Source: Eutreptiella sp. 'Long Island Sound 2002' | Lineage: Eukaryota > Protista > Euglenida | DNA: 64,000 bases | NCBI GenBank assembly: GCA_964036045.1 | Contig: OZ038378.1 | Span: forward strand, 53,568,001 to 53,632,000 | Reading direction: 5' to 3' | Shown: positions 62,846 to 64,000 of the stretch, piece after piece | Layout of the letters: each line of letters starts with the position of its first letter | Numbering within the stretch: position 1 is the stretch's first letter | The notes under the pieces: generated by a model | The model's input: only the letters and a program-made list of their open reading frames with translations | Database searches by the model: none | What the model was told of the DNA's origin: nothing | Translations under genes and position numbers: made by a program

Positions 62846-64000
62846 ATGACTGATGCGGGCACTCATGCCTTGTTGAAGAAGTGGGCCGATGCCGTAGCTC
62901 TCCGCACAGTGCACAGAGGTGTTTACAGCCCCGACAGCACACGCACCGTGTCTTGGCCTTCTCTTGAGAATTGTGCTTGGTCCACCTTGGACACCCCTGT
63001 GGCCCTGGTGAAGCTAACGCACCCCGGCGTTGCCCAACCCCACAGCCTCACTGACCCTTTGTTGTCGTTGTTTGACAACAACCCTAATCTGCAAGCTATT
63101 GTGTTGCAGCTCCATGATTCGGATGCCCGCGCTATCGTGGAGCATGTTAAAAAAAGATGTGGGGGGCCCAATAGGGGGATGAGTTTGTATTTGAGGGAAT
63201 GGGAGATGCAGGATGGCTCTCCGGGGATTCATGTCTCGGGGGACGTGGCCGCTGGCTGGCGCAAATGGGAGTGCAAGGCCCAGCAAGTGCAGCGGGGGCA
63301 TTGGGAGGACACCGCCCCCCTCTACTCCCTCCACTCCCAATCGCCATGGTCCTGGCATGCCGATTTGGAGGGCCACACCCTCCCCACCTGGTACAAGGGT
63401 ACTGGGATGCACCCCTCCCTTTTCTTCCCCCTCACCACTACCCCCCTTTTTGGTGTTGAACACCATCGTGTCTCCATCCCCGTTGACGTCGTTGATCATC
63501 GTCATGTCGACGACCTCAAGGAATTGCCCCAATGGGGCCATGCTTTCCAATCTGGCTTCATTTCTGTCAATTGGATGGACAAGCTTCACGATGAGTATGG
63601 GGAACTTAGGGCAGATGCGGGGCTCAATATTTTTAATGAGGATTGGCCGGCCGAGACTCGTGCAGGGGACAGTGACACCCGCCGCACAATGACTCCACCG
63701 GAGGGGGGTGCAATGTACAGTTTCGCAAGGGAGGTCCTCATACCCCACTTGGAGACTCATTTGGGTTGGAAGTGTCCGGTCGTGAATGTTACCACCTTTA
63801 TTGTGGTGAAGGCCGGTACAGTGGATGTGGAAAAAAAACAGTGTTGGCACCGTGACATTAACCTCAGCTATGTTGCCGGCCCGGACCAACACCATGTTAT
63901 TTGCTTGTTTCCGATGTTCTCCCCCACACCCGATGATGGTTGTGCTGGGGATTTTGTGGTTGCATCCCACACGGGCCTCCCCGACCCTTGGGTGGTGGCC
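62846..64000 (+). CDS. Putative 2OG-Fe(II) dioxygenase, PhyH-like (3' end beyond window)
   Basis: The frame is open from 62744 to the window end. GCCACCATG sits at 62846, giving 385 codons with no stop. It contains KQCWHRDINLSYVAGPDQHHVICLFPMFSPTPDDGCAGDFVVASHTG (HxD at 63848-63856, SH at 63965-63970). Confidence 0.7.
   Translation, partial: MTDAGTHALLKKWADAVALRTVHRGVYSPDSTRTVSWPSLENCAWSTLDTPVALVKLTHPGVAQPHSLTDPLLSLFDNNPNLQAIVLQLHDSDARAIVEHVKKRCGGPNRGMSLYLREWEMQDGSPGIHVSGDVAAGWRKWECKAQQVQRGHWEDTAPLYSLHSQSPWSWHADLEGHTLPTWYKGTGMHPSLFFPLTTTPLFGVEHHRVSIPVDVVDHRHVDDLKELPQWGHAFQSGFISVNWMDKLHDEYGELRADAGLNIFNEDWPAETRAGDSDTRRTMTPPEGGAMYSFAREVLIPHLETHLGWKCPVVNVTTFIVVKAGTVDVEKKQCWHRDINLSYVAGPDQHHVICLFPMFSPTPDDGCAGDFVVASHTGLPDPWVVA

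Noticed and set aside
63014-63970. 318-aa minus-strand ORF
   Set aside because: It is the in-register antisense shadow of the plus-strand dioxygenase ORF, which has the real motifs.

Overview
Repeat- and transposon-saturated eukaryotic nuclear DNA with no rRNA, CRISPR or operon-like gene runs. Most of the window is tandem arrays (41-bp, 50-bp hairpin-forming, 10-bp, 85-bp, ~193-bp, ~1.44-kb and ~1.47-kb units) and decayed mobile elements. The mobile elements are: a tyrosine-recombinase (YR) retrotransposon with YR upstream of RT-RNase H (VIPER/TATE-like order); non-LTR RT fragments; a pogo/DDE_1 transposase; two hAT-like remnants; and a P-element-like transposase remnant with a C-terminal Cys/His domain inside a loosely TIR-bounded 3.5-kb segment. 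Two apparently intact protein-coding units were found. One is a GT-AG spliced multi-C2H2 zinc-finger gene (minus strand, ~24.5-26.6 kb). The other is a stop-free ORF of at least 385 codons (62846 to the window end) that is missing from the ORF track because it runs off the edge. It encodes a PhyH-like 2OG-Fe(II) dioxygenase motif and sits downstream of a SWIM-like ORF and a cluster of perfect palindromes. That last locus is the most interesting candidate. A euglenozoan origin is a guess based on the YR-before-RT element. All family calls come from manual motif recognition, with no database searches run.
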